Program-made: the position numbers and the translations under genes | Notes under the pieces: generated by a model | What the model was told of the DNA's origin: nothing | The model's input: only the letters and a program-made list of their open reading frames with translations | The model's database searches: none | Shown: positions 42,289-50,684 of the stretch, one piece after another | How the letters are laid out: every line of letters begins with the position of its first letter | Position numbering within the stretch: position 1 is the stretch's first letter | From: an uncultured Candidatus Saccharibacteria bacterium | GTDB taxonomy: Bacteria; Patescibacteriota; Minisyncoccia; UBA6257; Colwellbacteraceae | Direction: 5' to 3' | NCBI GenBank assembly: GCA_964348915.1 | Contig: CAYGEM010000002.1 | Location: 13,617 to 64,300 of the forward strand | DNA: 50,684 bases

Positions 42289-43853
42289 TATTTCAGGAAG
42301 GGAAGAAGGCTTTGTCCGGTCATTTCCTCCGGTTTGTTGAGCCCCATTAATTCTAAAACAGTAGGAGCGATATCGCAAAGACTGCCGGAGACTTCTTTCT
42401 CGGCCGAGTCGACGAGCCGATCTTCTTTCGGTCGGCGGAACGACTCGGCGACGACATAGAAAGGAACCGGACTGGAATTGTGCATGGTCTCCGGGAGGCC
42501 GGTTAGGGGGTCGAGCAGGCGTTCGGCGTTGCCGTGGTCGGAAGTGATGATAAGAGTTGTGCCGGTTTTTAAAGCGGTATCCATAAGCTTCCCGACTTGT
42601 TCATCGATGACTTGCACTGCTTTCACCACGGCGTCGAAATTGCCGGTATGGCCGATAATGTCGGGGTTGGCGTAATTCGCCAAAATAAAGCCGTAAACTC
42701 CTTCTTCCATGGCCGAGATAATCCGGTTGGTGATATCTTCAGCCATCATTTCCGGGTATTTGTCCGGATTGGCGATTTTTCGGGAGGGAGCAATGGCGCG
42801 GTATTCGTTTGGGAAAGGATCTTCTCTCTTGGCATTGAAAAAATAAGTTACGTGCGCTCCTTTTTCGCTTTCGGCGACCCGGAGCTGAAGGATATTTGCT
42901 TTCGCGATTATTTCAGCCAGAGTGTTTTCTGGCCTGGGCCGGGGAAAGGCAACGGGAAGGGAAGGAAAATCTCGGCCGTAATCGGTAAAGGAGGCCATTT
43001 TTAAAGAAGGCATTTTTTCCATGAATATTTTAACCAGTTGGCGCATGCGTTCCTCGCGGAAATTGAAAAACAGCACGGCGTCATTTTCCTTGATTCCCCG
43101 AGCGGATGAAATCACGATTGGTTCGATAAATTCGTCGGTAACGCCGCGGTTGTAGCTTTCCTCCATCGCTTTTATCGGGTCGTTTGTTGTTTCCCCTTGG
43201 CCGGTCATGGCGGAGAAGGCGAGGGCGGTTCTTTCCAGGTGATTATCGCGGTCCATGGCGTAAAAACGGCCGGAGATGCTGGCGATTTTTTCCGCGGGCA
43301 GTTCGCGGACGAGATCAAGGCATTTTTTAGGCGAACCGTCGCGGCCGTCGGTAATCAGATGGAGATTGAAGTCGGGTAAATTATTTTGTCCGAGCATGGA
43401 GAGGAGGGCTCGGAGGTGTTCGAACGAAGAATGAACGTTGCTCTCGCCGATCAATCCGACGAGGTTCAATTTGGCGCCGGATTGTTTGGCGTAATTTATG
43501 AGATCGAGAATGGCGGGATTCCGGAAGAAGGAGCCGTCTTTTATCCCGTCGCTGATTCGCGGAAAATCTTGGAATATCACCTGGCCGGCGCCGATAGCCA
43601 GATGGCCGATTTCGCTATTGCCTTCTTCTTCCCAAGGAAGGCCGATGGCCAAGCCGGAGGCCTGGAGGCTGGTTATGGAAAAATTTTTCTTGATAAAACC
43701 GATATTTTGGGGTTGGGCCGCGTAAATGGGATTGGAGCCGTCCCGGGGTCCGTTTCCCCAGCCGTCCAGAATAACCAAAGCTATTTTGGCCGGAAGCAGT
43801 CCCTTTTTTGACAGCTCCCCGTTTTTAGCCGTATGATTAGAACTTAAGGTCAT
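42288..43853 (-). CDS. gpmI: 2,3-bisphosphoglycerate-independent phosphoglycerate mutase
   Basis: 521 aa. ILDGWG near the N-terminus, the GNSEIGHLAIGAG region, and C-terminal ITSDHGNAE. Confidence 0.9.
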   Translation of the reverse strand: MTLSSNHTAKNGELSKKGLLPAKIALVILDGWGNGPRDGSNPIYAAQPQNIGFIKKNFSITSLQASGLAIGLPWEEEGNSEIGHLAIGAGQVIFQDFPRISDGIKDGSFFRNPAILDLINYAKQSGAKLNLVGLIGESNVHSSFEHLRALLSMLGQNNLPDFNLHLITDGRDGSPKKCLDLVRELPAEKIASISGRFYAMDRDNHLERTALAFSAMTGQGETTNDPIKAMEESYNRGVTDEFIEPIVISSARGIKENDAVLFFNFREERMRQLVKIFMEKMPSLKMASFTDYGRDFPSLPVAFPRPRPENTLAEIIAKANILQLRVAESEKGAHVTYFFNAKREDPFPNEYRAIAPSRKIANPDKYPEMMAEDITNRIISAMEEGVYGFILANYANPDIIGHTGNFDAVVKAVQVIDEQVGKLMDTALKTGTTLIITSDHGNAERLLDPLTGLPETMHNSSPVPFYVVAESFRRPKEDRLVDSAEKEVSGSLCDIAPTVLELMGLNKPEEMTGQSLLPFLK

Positions 43854-43879
43854 GAAAATTAATATCTTAATCTTACCTT

Positions 43880-45397
43880 ATGATTTACGTTATTTCATTA
43901 GCGGCCCTTGCCGCCGGTTTGGTTTCGGGTTACTTCGTTCGGCAGAATCTCGCCGCAAAGACCGCTAATTCTATCGAGAAAAGGCTGAGAGAGAAGGCAG
44001 AAGCCGCTGAACATGAGGCCAAAGACGTTGTTCTAAAAGCCAAAGACAGGGCCGCTTCTATTCTCGAAGAGGTCCGAAAAGAAGAAAAAGAAAAAGAAGA
44101 GGCGTTCAAACAAGCAGAGGGCCGTCTTTTGCGTAAGGAAGAAATATTGGAAAGACAGGAAGAGGAGACGAGAGAAAAAGAAGGAAAGCTTAAAGAAGGA
44201 GAAGTTTGTTTGGAAAAAAGCAAGCTGGAAGTCGAGAGGCAAAGAGAAATGGTCGGGGTGGAGCTTTCGCGCATAAGCGGTTTGACTCCCGAACAGGCCA
44301 AAGAAAAATTGATCAAACAAGTGGAAGAGCAGGGCCGCGAAGAATTGACGGGATTGCTTCAGAAAATCGAAAAAAACAAAAGGGAAGAGGTGGAGAAAAA
44401 AGGAGTGGAGATTATTACCACCGCTCTCCAGAGATATGCCCGCTCCAACGTCTCGGATATTACTACGACGGCATTTCCATTGCCAAGCGAGGACCTGAAA
44501 GGAAAGATTATCGGTAAGGAAGGCCGGAATATCAAGACTCTGGAACGGCTGACCGGAGCGGAGCTTATCATCGATGAAACGCCGGATACCATTCTCATTT
44601 CTTCGTTCGACCCGTTCCGTCGGGAAATAGCCAAAATGACTTTGGAAAAATTGATCAAGGACGGCCGAATCCAACCGGCGAAGATTGAGGAGAAGGTGGA
44701 AGAATCGCGGGCAGAACTGGAAAAAAGGATCGTTCAGATTGGCGAAGAAGCGGTTTACGAAGTGGGTATTCTGGATTTGCCGCCGGAGCTGATAAAACTT
44801 CTCGGCCGTTTGAATTTCCGTACCAGTTTCGGCCAGAGCGTTCTCAACCATTCGGAGGAAACGGCGTACATCGCGAAGATGATTGCTGAAGAACTGGGCT
44901 TAAATGTCGAGGTAGTCAAAAAAGCGGCTTTGCTTCATGATATCGGCAAGGCCATCGACCACGAAGTTTCCGGAAATCATGTGGAATTGGGCATGAAGAT
45001 TCTGAAGAAATACGGTATTTCGGAAAAGATTATCGAGGCGATGCAGTCCCATCACGAGGACTATCCTTTCGCTTCGCCAGAGGCCTATATCGTGGCTACG
45101 GCGGATATTCTTTCCGCGGCCAGACCGGGTGCCAGAAGAGGAACGCTTGAAAATTACATCAAACGTTTGGCCGATTTGGAAAAAATCGCCTCCGGTTTTA
45201 AAGGGGTCAAGGCTTCTTACGCGGTTTCCGCCGGACGCGAGCTTAGAATATTCGTGGTTCCGGAGAAGATAGACGATTTCGGCGCCTTGTCTTTGGCCAA
45301 AGAAATCGCCAATCGTATCGAAGCCGAGTTAAAATATCCGGGAGAAATCAAGGTGAACGTTATCCGGGAAGTGCGGGCGGTGGAATACGCGCGTTAA
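43880..45397 (+). CDS. rny: Ribonuclease Y
   Basis: 505 aa. N-terminal TM anchor, K/E-rich coiled coil, KH domain GKIIGKEGRNIKTLE, and HD domain AALLHDIGKA. Confidence 0.95.
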   Translation: MIYVISLAALAAGLVSGYFVRQNLAAKTANSIEKRLREKAEAAEHEAKDVVLKAKDRAASILEEVRKEEKEKEEAFKQAEGRLLRKEEILERQEEETREKEGKLKEGEVCLEKSKLEVERQREMVGVELSRISGLTPEQAKEKLIKQVEEQGREELTGLLQKIEKNKREEVEKKGVEIITTALQRYARSNVSDITTTAFPLPSEDLKGKIIGKEGRNIKTLERLTGAELIIDETPDTILISSFDPFRREIAKMTLEKLIKDGRIQPAKIEEKVEESRAELEKRIVQIGEEAVYEVGILDLPPELIKLLGRLNFRTSFGQSVLNHSEETAYIAKMIAEELGLNVEVVKKAALLHDIGKAIDHEVSGNHVELGMKILKKYGISEKIIEAMQSHHEDYPFASPEAYIVATADILSAARPGARRGTLENYIKRLADLEKIASGFKGVKASYAVSAGRELRIFVVPEKIDDFGALSLAKEIANRIEAELKYPGEIKVNVIREVRAVEYAR

Positions 45398-45481
45398 ATC
45401 CGGTTTGCCCGCTGGCCTCATATTTGCTATCATTTTCTCAAGGGAAAATAAAGGTCGGAAGAGAAAACAGAGAATAAATCG

Positions 45482-45757
45482 ATGAAAAAAATAGGACTCG
45501 TGGAAGAGGTTATGAAAGTTGCCGAAATCCAGACGAAAAAACAGGCCGAACAGGCGGTGAACGCGGTCTTCGATACCATTGTCAAAACGCTGGGGAGCGG
45601 AGAAGAAGTTGCCATCACCGGTTTTGGCACTTTTCGCATCGCTAAGCGCGCCGCAAGAATGGGTGTCAATCCCAAGACCGGAGAAAAAATTCACATTGCC
45701 GCTTCGGTAAAGCCGAAATTCCGGGCGGGCAAGTTGCTTAAAGAAGCCGTATTGTAA
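45482..45757 (+). CDS. hup: DNA-binding protein HU
   Basis: 91 aa. ITGFGTFRIAKRAARMGVNPKTGEKIHIAAS is a typical HU/IHF arm. Confidence 0.95.
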   Translation: MKKIGLVEEVMKVAEIQTKKQAEQAVNAVFDTIVKTLGSGEEVAITGFGTFRIAKRAARMGVNPKTGEKIHIAASVKPKFRAGKLLKEAVL

Positions 45758-45773
45758 AAGGGAAAATTTCAAT

Positions 45774-45811
45774 AAAAATCCTCTGACCCGGATTAGGGTT
45801 GGAGGATTTTT
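45774..45811. terminator. Hairpin between convergent hup and the 45793..46638 ORF
   Basis: AAAAATCCTC (45774-45783) pairs with GAGGATTTTT (45802-45811), 18-nt loop. A/T runs on both sides allow bidirectional function. Overlaps the 3' end of the minus-strand ORF. Confidence 0.55.
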
Positions 45812-46638
45812 ATTGCGTCTCGGCTGATTTTGACGAAGATTTCGTAGCTGGAGCGCAGATTCTTGAGAGAATTTCCCAGAAGTTCACGGACCGACGGCTT
45901 GATCGCAGGTTCGGCGGAAAGTTTTTCAATGGCGTCGGCGTCGGATAAAGGCGGATTTAATTCATCCAAGTTGGTTTCGATAATCATTTTCCCGGCTTCC
46001 CGGCTTATTTCTTTGGCTCCGGCGAGATATTTCTGGGCGTTTTCCATATCCGCGGAGAAAGCTCCTGGGTCAATTAATTCGTATTTTTCAAATTTTTTAA
46101 TTTCGAGATTGATTTTCTGCCAGCGCGTTTCCGCGGCAGAGATAAGATTGTCAATCTGCAGCCACAAAAAGAAATCCACGATTTTTTGCAGACGGGGATT
46201 ATAATTATTTTCGCGATAATCTTTAAGCTCGCCGGCCAGCGCCTTAATTTCTTCCAAGTCCGTCAATCCGCCGGCTTTGATTCCGGCAGATTCGAAATAG
46301 GCCGCGGCTTCGTCGAGATAAGAGAAAAAAGACGCGGCTTTAAGCTTGAGCTTGGCTTCGGCCGGCTTGTTTTTTGACAGATTCTCTTTCAGGCCGTTTA
46401 TTTCGGCGACAGAAAGGCGGACGGCTTCAACTATAACCTTCTTTCTGGCGTCAATTTCTTTCAGACCGCGTTCAGCTTCGCTTAGGGCGGAGTCGTCCTT
46501 GATTTCAAGAAGCGCGTCGACGCTCTCGTTGAGAGCGCTGGCATTTTCATTAAGGTCGGCGGCCAGGGCGAAACAAGAAGGTGAAATCAGAGCGGCAATA
46601 GACAGGCAGATTAGAATTATTCTTGAAAAAGAAGTCAT
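45793..46638 (-). CDS. Secreted helical/coiled-coil hypothetical protein
   Basis: 281 aa. Signal-peptide-like N-terminus (MTSFSRIILICLSIAALISPSCFALA). Last gene of the sigma/anti-sigma operon. Confidence 0.6.
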   Translation of the reverse strand: MTSFSRIILICLSIAALISPSCFALAADLNENASALNESVDALLEIKDDSALSEAERGLKEIDARKKVIVEAVRLSVAEINGLKENLSKNKPAEAKLKLKAASFFSYLDEAAAYFESAGIKAGGLTDLEEIKALAGELKDYRENNYNPRLQKIVDFFLWLQIDNLISAAETRWQKINLEIKKFEKYELIDPGAFSADMENAQKYLAGAKEISREAGKMIIETNLDELNPPLSDADAIEKLSAEPAIKPSVRELLGNSLKNLRSSYEIFVKISRDAIKILQP

Positions 46639-46649
46639 GATAATAAAAG

Positions 46650-47126
46650 TTATTGGCTGGCTTGGTCTAATAATTTATCGATATTTTCGCCGTGAAGATA
46701 ACCGTTGAGGTCGTTAAAGGATTCCATTTCCCCTTCCAGGACGGCGGCATTTAAATGGCGGAGGCCGTTGCTTGCCGCTTCGTCAAGGGCCAAGGAGGCG
46801 ACTTGGGCGTTCTCGTTAAAATAATTGATTTCCTTGAGGGTGATATCGATTTTTTCGACGGCCGACTCGGTTTCTCTGTTTAGGTCGTAAATATTGGCGA
46901 CGGTTGGAGCTTGTCCGGCGAGATTGACCGAAAATAAAGCGAACGTCAAAGCGGCCATGACCGCCGAACAACTAAGAACCAAACGGGGTAAGGGCAACCA
47001 AAAGGAGAAAACGGTTTTCCTTGGAGCTTGGACGGAAGAGAGGATAATCCTTTTGGATTCCAGAACAAAAGCCGAACGCGGCTTGATGTTTTTCAGTTTT
47101 TGGATTTTGCTTATGATTTCTTCCAT
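46650..47126 (-). CDS. Single-pass membrane protein, putative anti-sigma factor
   Basis: 158 aa. Overlaps the sigma gene stop by 16 nt, with a central TM span (LVLSCSAVMAALTFALFSV). The assignment is by position only. Confidence 0.4.
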   Translation of the reverse strand: MEEIISKIQKLKNIKPRSAFVLESKRIILSSVQAPRKTVFSFWLPLPRLVLSCSAVMAALTFALFSVNLAGQAPTVANIYDLNRETESAVEKIDITLKEINYFNENAQVASLALDEAASNGLRHLNAAVLEGEMESFNDLNGYLHGENIDKLLDQASQ

Positions 47127-47653
47127 TGTCGCAATAGCTCTTTTAATTTATTGACGGCGCGGTGCTGCGTAACTTTTATCGCTCCTTCGGATTTTCCGGT
47201 TATTTTGGCGGTTTCGGCCACGGACAGTTCTTCCATGAACCGCAGGATAATCACTTCCTGTTCCGCGGGTTTCAGCTCCCCGATTGCTTCGATGGTCTGT
47301 TCGAGCTCGAGAGAAGCATCCATCTTTTCTTCCACCCGGCTGTTTTCCGGAATTTCAAAAGGGAAATCGAGGCTTACCAATGTTTTTGAACGTCGGTAAT
47401 AATCGATGATGGCGTTTCTCGCGATACGGTAGAGCCAGCTCCCGAAGGGCAAGCCCTTGTCGCTGTAATTTTTTAGGTTCTGCCAGGCCTTCAGAAAGGT
47501 TTGGTGGGAGAGGTCTTCGGCTTCCTCACGTCGGCCGACTCGGACCAGGATGAAACGATATATTTTAGGAAAATAATGGTCGTAAAGAAGGCCAAAAGCG
47601 TCGGCCTCTCCCTCCTTCGATAATTCTATGAGTTTGCGTTCATCCTCTAACAT
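47111..47653 (-). CDS. ECF-type RNA polymerase sigma-70 family factor
   Basis: About 180 aa from the ATG at 47653 (MLEDERKLIELSKEG...). Region 2 FGLLYDHYFPKIYRFILVRV...AEDLSHQTFLKAW, and region 4 HTH LSVAETAKITGKSEGAIKVTQHRAVNKLK. Confidence 0.85.
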   Translation of the reverse strand: MLEDERKLIELSKEGEADAFGLLYDHYFPKIYRFILVRVGRREEAEDLSHQTFLKAWQNLKNYSDKGLPFGSWLYRIARNAIIDYYRRSKTLVSLDFPFEIPENSRVEEKMDASLELEQTIEAIGELKPAEQEVIILRFMEELSVAETAKITGKSEGAIKVTQHRAVNKLKELLRQWKKS

Positions 47654-47713
47654 AGAAACGTTTTTATGTGCCAAAAGTTACATTTACGGCTTGGATAGCC
47701 GATAAAATCGCTA

Positions 47714-47875
47714 TCAACGGCCGATGGCCGTCTGGTCGCCGATTTCCGGAATAGATATTTCGATGTCGTTTGCCGCGGCCCTTACCCCGTCCTTTTCCGG
47801 AGGCAAAACCGAATAGAGCTCCAGCAGGGCGAGCATGGTGGCGGCGATAATCAAAAATCCTATTATCGGTTTCAT
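47714..47875 (-). CDS. Possible 53-aa small secreted/membrane peptide upstream of the sigma factor
   Basis: Hand translation gives MKPIIGFLIIAATMLALLELYSVLPPEKDGVRAAANDIEISIPEIGDQTAIGR*. Below the track cutoff, with no other support. Confidence 0.3.
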   Translation of the reverse strand: MKPIIGFLIIAATMLALLELYSVLPPEKDGVRAAANDIEISIPEIGDQTAIGR

Positions 47876-47891
47876 TGTTTTAGTTTTACGG

Positions 47892-47963
47892 AGCGGGCGA
47901 GCGGAATTGAACCGCCGTCACCTGCTTGGAAGGCAGGTATAATAGCCGCTATACGACGCCCGC
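47892..47963 (-). tRNA. tRNA-Gly (anticodon UCC)
   Basis: The reverse complement GCGGGCGTCGTATAGCGGCTATTATACCTGCCTTCCAAGCAGGTGACGGCGGTTCAATTCCGCTCGCCCGCT folds with acceptor GCGGGCG/CGCCCGC, anticodon stem CCTGC/GCAGG with loop CTTCCAA, and T loop TTCAATT. Very similar to E. coli tRNA-Gly(UCC) as I recall it. Confidence 0.88.
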
Positions 47964-48116
47964 GTTTACTTCAATCTTTTCGGTTCGCGTTGCGAACTGT
48001 TGAAATTCTAACGAATTTCAGTTTGGGTGGCAAATTCTTTTATGAAAATTCATTCTTGGAGCCGGTGATTATGTTATTCACAGGAAGGAGGCAATAGAAT
48101 ATGTTACAATTATTAG

Positions 48117-48554
48117 ATGAACAAGAAAAATTTTTCCGCTCAAAAATCCGGCTTAACCAAGCCGGAAGAAGCTTTAAGATTCGTCAAATAAACCGGCATT
48201 GATCTTTCGGCGCCGTCAGTCGGCAATATTCACGGCCGGTTCAAGCGCGGATTTAATCCCAAAATTGATTTGCCGCTTATTCGGGAAATAAAAAACAAAT
48301 GCCGCATTCCGCTTGTGCTTCACGGCGGCTCTGGCTTGCTTTTGCCTGACATCAAATTAGCCATTACTGTCGGCGTCGGAATTGTCCACATCAATACTGA
48401 ATTGCGGTTGGTTCGGCGGAAAAGTTTGGAATCGGTCTTGAAAAAATATCCTGATGAAATTGTGCCTTATAAAATTCTGCCTTTGGTTGAAAAAGAAATT
48501 AGCAAAACAGTTGGGCGCTACTTCGGGAGTTTTCATAGATTAAAGCACCCGTAG
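48117..48554 (+). pseudogene. Remnant of a class II fructose-bisphosphate aldolase (C-terminal ~145 codons, in-frame TAA)
   Basis: This frame reads MNKKNFSAQKSGLTKPEEALRFVK*TGIDLSAPSVGNIHGRFKRGFNPKIDLPLIREIKNKCRIPLVLHGGSGLLLPDIKLAITVGVGIVHINTELR.... It matches the FBA class II C-terminal half (..GNxHG.., PLVLHGGSG, INTEL). The stop is at 48189-48191 and the N-terminal half of the enzyme is absent. Confidence 0.7.
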
Positions 48555-48580
48555 CGTCCTAAATTAAGCTCGTATTAACC

Positions 48581-48627
48581 CAAAAAGAAACCGAGCCGCA
48601 TCATTGCACCGAAGTGCTAGCGGCTCG
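48581..48627 (-). terminator. Intrinsic terminator downstream of the propeller gene
   Basis: On the minus strand, CGAGCCGC...GCGGCTCG (48620-48627 / 48592-48599) encloses an inner GCAC-TTCG-GTGC hairpin and is followed by GTTTCTTTTT. Confidence 0.75.
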
Positions 48628-48658
48628 TTGAGTGTCCTGTGCGCGCGTCTGCCTGCTA

Positions 48659-50188
48659 TCATGGGGTTGCCGTCTCCGGTTTTGGATAGATGATAGTGAC
48701 CTGCCGGAGATTTTCGTCCCAGAGTACTTTTGCCCCTAGCGCTTCGGCGATAAAGCGCAATGGGAGCATGGTTCTGCCTGGAGGCGCGACATAGGGTCGC
48801 ACCACCGAGTTTGCCGCGTCAATTGGCGTCTCAACGCCGTTGACATGGGCGATCGGGTTGTCGATCCAGAGAACAATCTCACGATCACCACTCTGGATTT
48901 CAACCCTCCTGTCGTCTCCGAACCAGAGGATCTTCCCGCCCAAGGCCTCAACAACAGGCCTAATGGGTAGAAATGTTCTAGACGTTCCCGCCGGAATCTC
49001 CGGCACGGCGTCGAGGACGATGGCCATTCTCTCGCCGCCTTTCTCCACGATCAGCTCTTTCGAGCCTATCTGAAGAAAGAGGGTAATGATTTCGCTTGCC
49101 TCGGCAATGAGAATCGCCTCTAGTCCAGCTTCGGCCGCGACAAATAGTCCGTTGCCGTAGCCAACAGCATAAATCGGTTCGTCCAGGCCACCTAAGTTGC
49201 CACTGCTCCATCTTACCCCATCTTCTGAGGTGAAGATGGCCGGTCCGCTGCTGTTTGCGGGCGGATAGGAGTTTGAGCCGACTGCCACGAACCGTCCTGC
49301 TCCGTAAGCCACGTCGTCGAAGTTTACGCCCTTCTGGACAGGGACTTGCGCCATTGTCCACTTTACCGCGTCTTTTGACAACAGGATGGGCGCTGATCCT
49401 CCAACAGGCATAGCCACTTTGGTAACAGCGACGAACAAACCATTGCCGTGAGTTATAGCTGCAAGAGACACGTCGTTTGTGCCTGGCTCCTGTATTTCCC
49501 AACCCCGGCCGTCCGTTGAAGTAAGAACAGCATCAGGATAACCTACGGCCACAAACTGCCTATTGCCGTAGACGATGTCGTTAAGGGAAATGCCGAACGG
49601 AGCCTCTCTCTCTGGCACATCTTGCGGTTCCCAGCTTTGGCCGTCTTGGGAGACAAGGATAACAGGATTTGACATTATCCTGCCTCCTTCTGTGTAGCTG
49701 CCTATGTAGCTACTCCGGCCAACAGTGACAAACAAGCCATTGGCATAGGCGATGCCTTTAAGGTCATAGGGCATCGAAATCTGCCTGATTGTCCAGCTCG
49801 CGCCGTCCGGTGAGGTAAGGACAATGCCGTCTGACTTTAGGTCGCGCATGTGCCATTGGTAACCTACAGCGATAAGCTGTCCATCGCCATAGGCAATACC
49901 GCTCAAGATGTAAGCCTTTGCCGCTTCTGGTAATTCCTCCCTGCTCCAGGTTTTGCCATCCGGCGAGGTGAGAATTGCGCCATTGGTTCTGCCGGGGGCT
50001 ATCCATTCGCGCCCTACTGCGACGAACTTCTTGCCATTATAGGTGATGGCTCTTATGAGGAGATCTGCTACCGGTTCTGCCATCTTCATCCTCTGCCAGA
50101 CCAACTGGTCTGCTCCGCTGGCAATGACTGTTACCGATAAAGCAGACACAACTGTCAAGACGAGCATCACCGTCAACATCTTCTTCAT
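48659..50188 (-). CDS. Secreted Asp-box (BNR-like) beta-propeller protein with a C-terminal copper-amine-oxidase-N-terminal-like domain
   Basis: Signal peptide MKKMLTVMLVLTVVSALSVTVIASGA. Six or more repeats of I.YG.G.FVAVG....ILTS.DG..W (TSPDGKTW, TSPDGASW, VSQDGQSW, TSTDGRGW, TSEDGVRW). The C-terminal ~110 aa (TFLPIRPVVEALGGKILW...TMLPLRFIAEALGAKVLWD) resembles the Cu_amine_oxidN1 stalk domains common in Firmicutes. ATG at 50188 preferred, with GGGAG 9 nt upstream; a GTG at 50197 is also possible. Confidence 0.8.
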   Translation of the reverse strand: MKKMLTVMLVLTVVSALSVTVIASGADQLVWQRMKMAEPVADLLIRAITYNGKKFVAVGREWIAPGRTNGAILTSPDGKTWSREELPEAAKAYILSGIAYGDGQLIAVGYQWHMRDLKSDGIVLTSPDGASWTIRQISMPYDLKGIAYANGLFVTVGRSSYIGSYTEGGRIMSNPVILVSQDGQSWEPQDVPEREAPFGISLNDIVYGNRQFVAVGYPDAVLTSTDGRGWEIQEPGTNDVSLAAITHGNGLFVAVTKVAMPVGGSAPILLSKDAVKWTMAQVPVQKGVNFDDVAYGAGRFVAVGSNSYPPANSSGPAIFTSEDGVRWSSGNLGGLDEPIYAVGYGNGLFVAAEAGLEAILIAEASEIITLFLQIGSKELIVEKGGERMAIVLDAVPEIPAGTSRTFLPIRPVVEALGGKILWFGDDRRVEIQSGDREIVLWIDNPIAHVNGVETPIDAANSVVRPYVAPPGRTMLPLRFIAEALGAKVLWDENLRQVTIIYPKPETATP

Positions 50189-50358
50189 CTCTTTCACTCC
50201 CTTTCCTGTGATCTTTCTCCCGCGTTGCGCGCACGGTTTTCATATTCAGTTGTTAAGTTACATGCCTTCACCAAAACAGAAAAACCTTATTTTGTCAAGG
50301 CTAAGAGTTATTCACAGAGCGGTTATTTGCGAAAGGATATTCTTGCTATAATTAATCT

Positions 50359-50684
50359 ATGCTTAACAAAAAATTCATTACCGTTAGCTTGGTGGTTTTA
50401 TTTATTCTTCTTGTCGCCCTTTTTATTTATCGTCAGCCGATTCGAGAGCAGATTATTGCCTCGAGAGACAGAACTGAAACGGTCAATACTATTGAAAATT
50501 TTTATAAAGAACATTTGCGGGCAATCAATACTAATGAAAACTGGGTGGATCTGGCAGAGGAATACGCCAGCGGCCGGGCAAAAGAACTGCTAACGGCCAG
50601 AGCCGGATCTTTCTTGGCTGAAGCCAGCCAAGGCAAACAGCGTTTGGCCGAGATTGTGTCGCCGATTATTATCAGATTTTATGA
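50359..50684 (+). CDS. N-terminally anchored hypothetical protein, 3' end runs off the window
   Basis: The ATG at 50359 gives MLNKKFITVSLVVLFILLVALFIYRQPIREQIIASRDRTETVNTIENFYKEHLRAINTNENWVDLAEEYASGRAKELL..., open to the window end. More protein-like than the overlapping track ORF 50225..50593. Confidence 0.5.
   Translation, partial: MLNKKFITVSLVVLFILLVALFIYRQPIREQIIASRDRTETVNTIENFYKEHLRAINTNENWVDLAEEYASGRAKELLTARAGSFLAEASQGKQRLAEIVSPIIIRFY

Noticed and set aside
44040-44230. Purine-rich low-complexity stretch (gaaaaagaaaaagaaga...) as a possible repeat element
   Set aside because: It encodes the K/E-rich coiled-coil linker of RNase Y, and is in frame and not periodic at the DNA level.
44033-44851. 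272-aa minus-strand ORF inside rny
   Set aside because: Antisense to RNase Y (KH and HD motifs present on the plus strand). Its Phe/Leu-rich translation mirrors the K/E-rich sense frame.
50225-50593. 122-aa plus-strand ORF at the right end
   Set aside because: The translation is not protein-like. An alternative frame from the ATG at 50359 gives an N-terminal TM anchor plus a plausible soluble domain and stays open to the window edge.
1-50684. Alternative genetic code (UGA recoding as in some CPR lineages)
   Set aside because: All long housekeeping genes are intact under the standard bacterial code, and several end in TGA at sensible positions.

Overview
The window reads as a gene-dense chromosomal segment from a small-genome, Patescibacteria/CPR-like bacterium. 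That placement is inferred from gene content only. Supporting signs are short intergenic gaps, many overlapping stop/start junctions, and a housekeeping backbone: rsmA, a UvrD-like helicase, ruvA, infC-rpmI-rplT, smpB plus tmRNA, argS, ileS, trpS, RNase J, RNase Y, secG, HU and gpmI. An archaeal-flavoured nucleic-acid repair set sits alongside it: archease-RtcB, an EndoQ-like PHP nuclease and PolX-PHP. I identified 3 tRNAs (Arg-CCG, Leu-CAG, Gly-UCC) and one tmRNA. I found no rRNA, CRISPR array, transposase, integrase or recognisable defence system.

The points most worth follow-up are:
- About 180 aa with a complete histidine-phosphatase (PGAM-type) catalytic signature is inserted inside the catalytic core of IleRS.
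- Three visibly GC-richer single-operon islands (glmS; pyrF-pyrE plus an orphan ORF; a secreted Asp-box propeller protein) each carry their own TTGACA box, strong GGAGG-type SD and hairpin terminator. This suggests foreign origin or a mis-join in assembly.
- A 21-nt block is identical upstream of pyrF and of the orphan ORF, at the same spacing from a TTGACA. Its UUUCUCU tract can pair with the purine-rich SD region.
- Arrays of ACGACTN heptamers and TACGAAT octamer-spaced repeats occur only in three intergenic gaps between 27.5 and 33.2 kb.
- A membrane-anchored Clp/Hsp100 ATPase has a degenerate first nucleotide-binding domain.
- A 562-codon ORF at the left edge is absent from the supplied ORF track because it runs off the window.

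All functional calls come from motif recognition by eye. No database search was possible.
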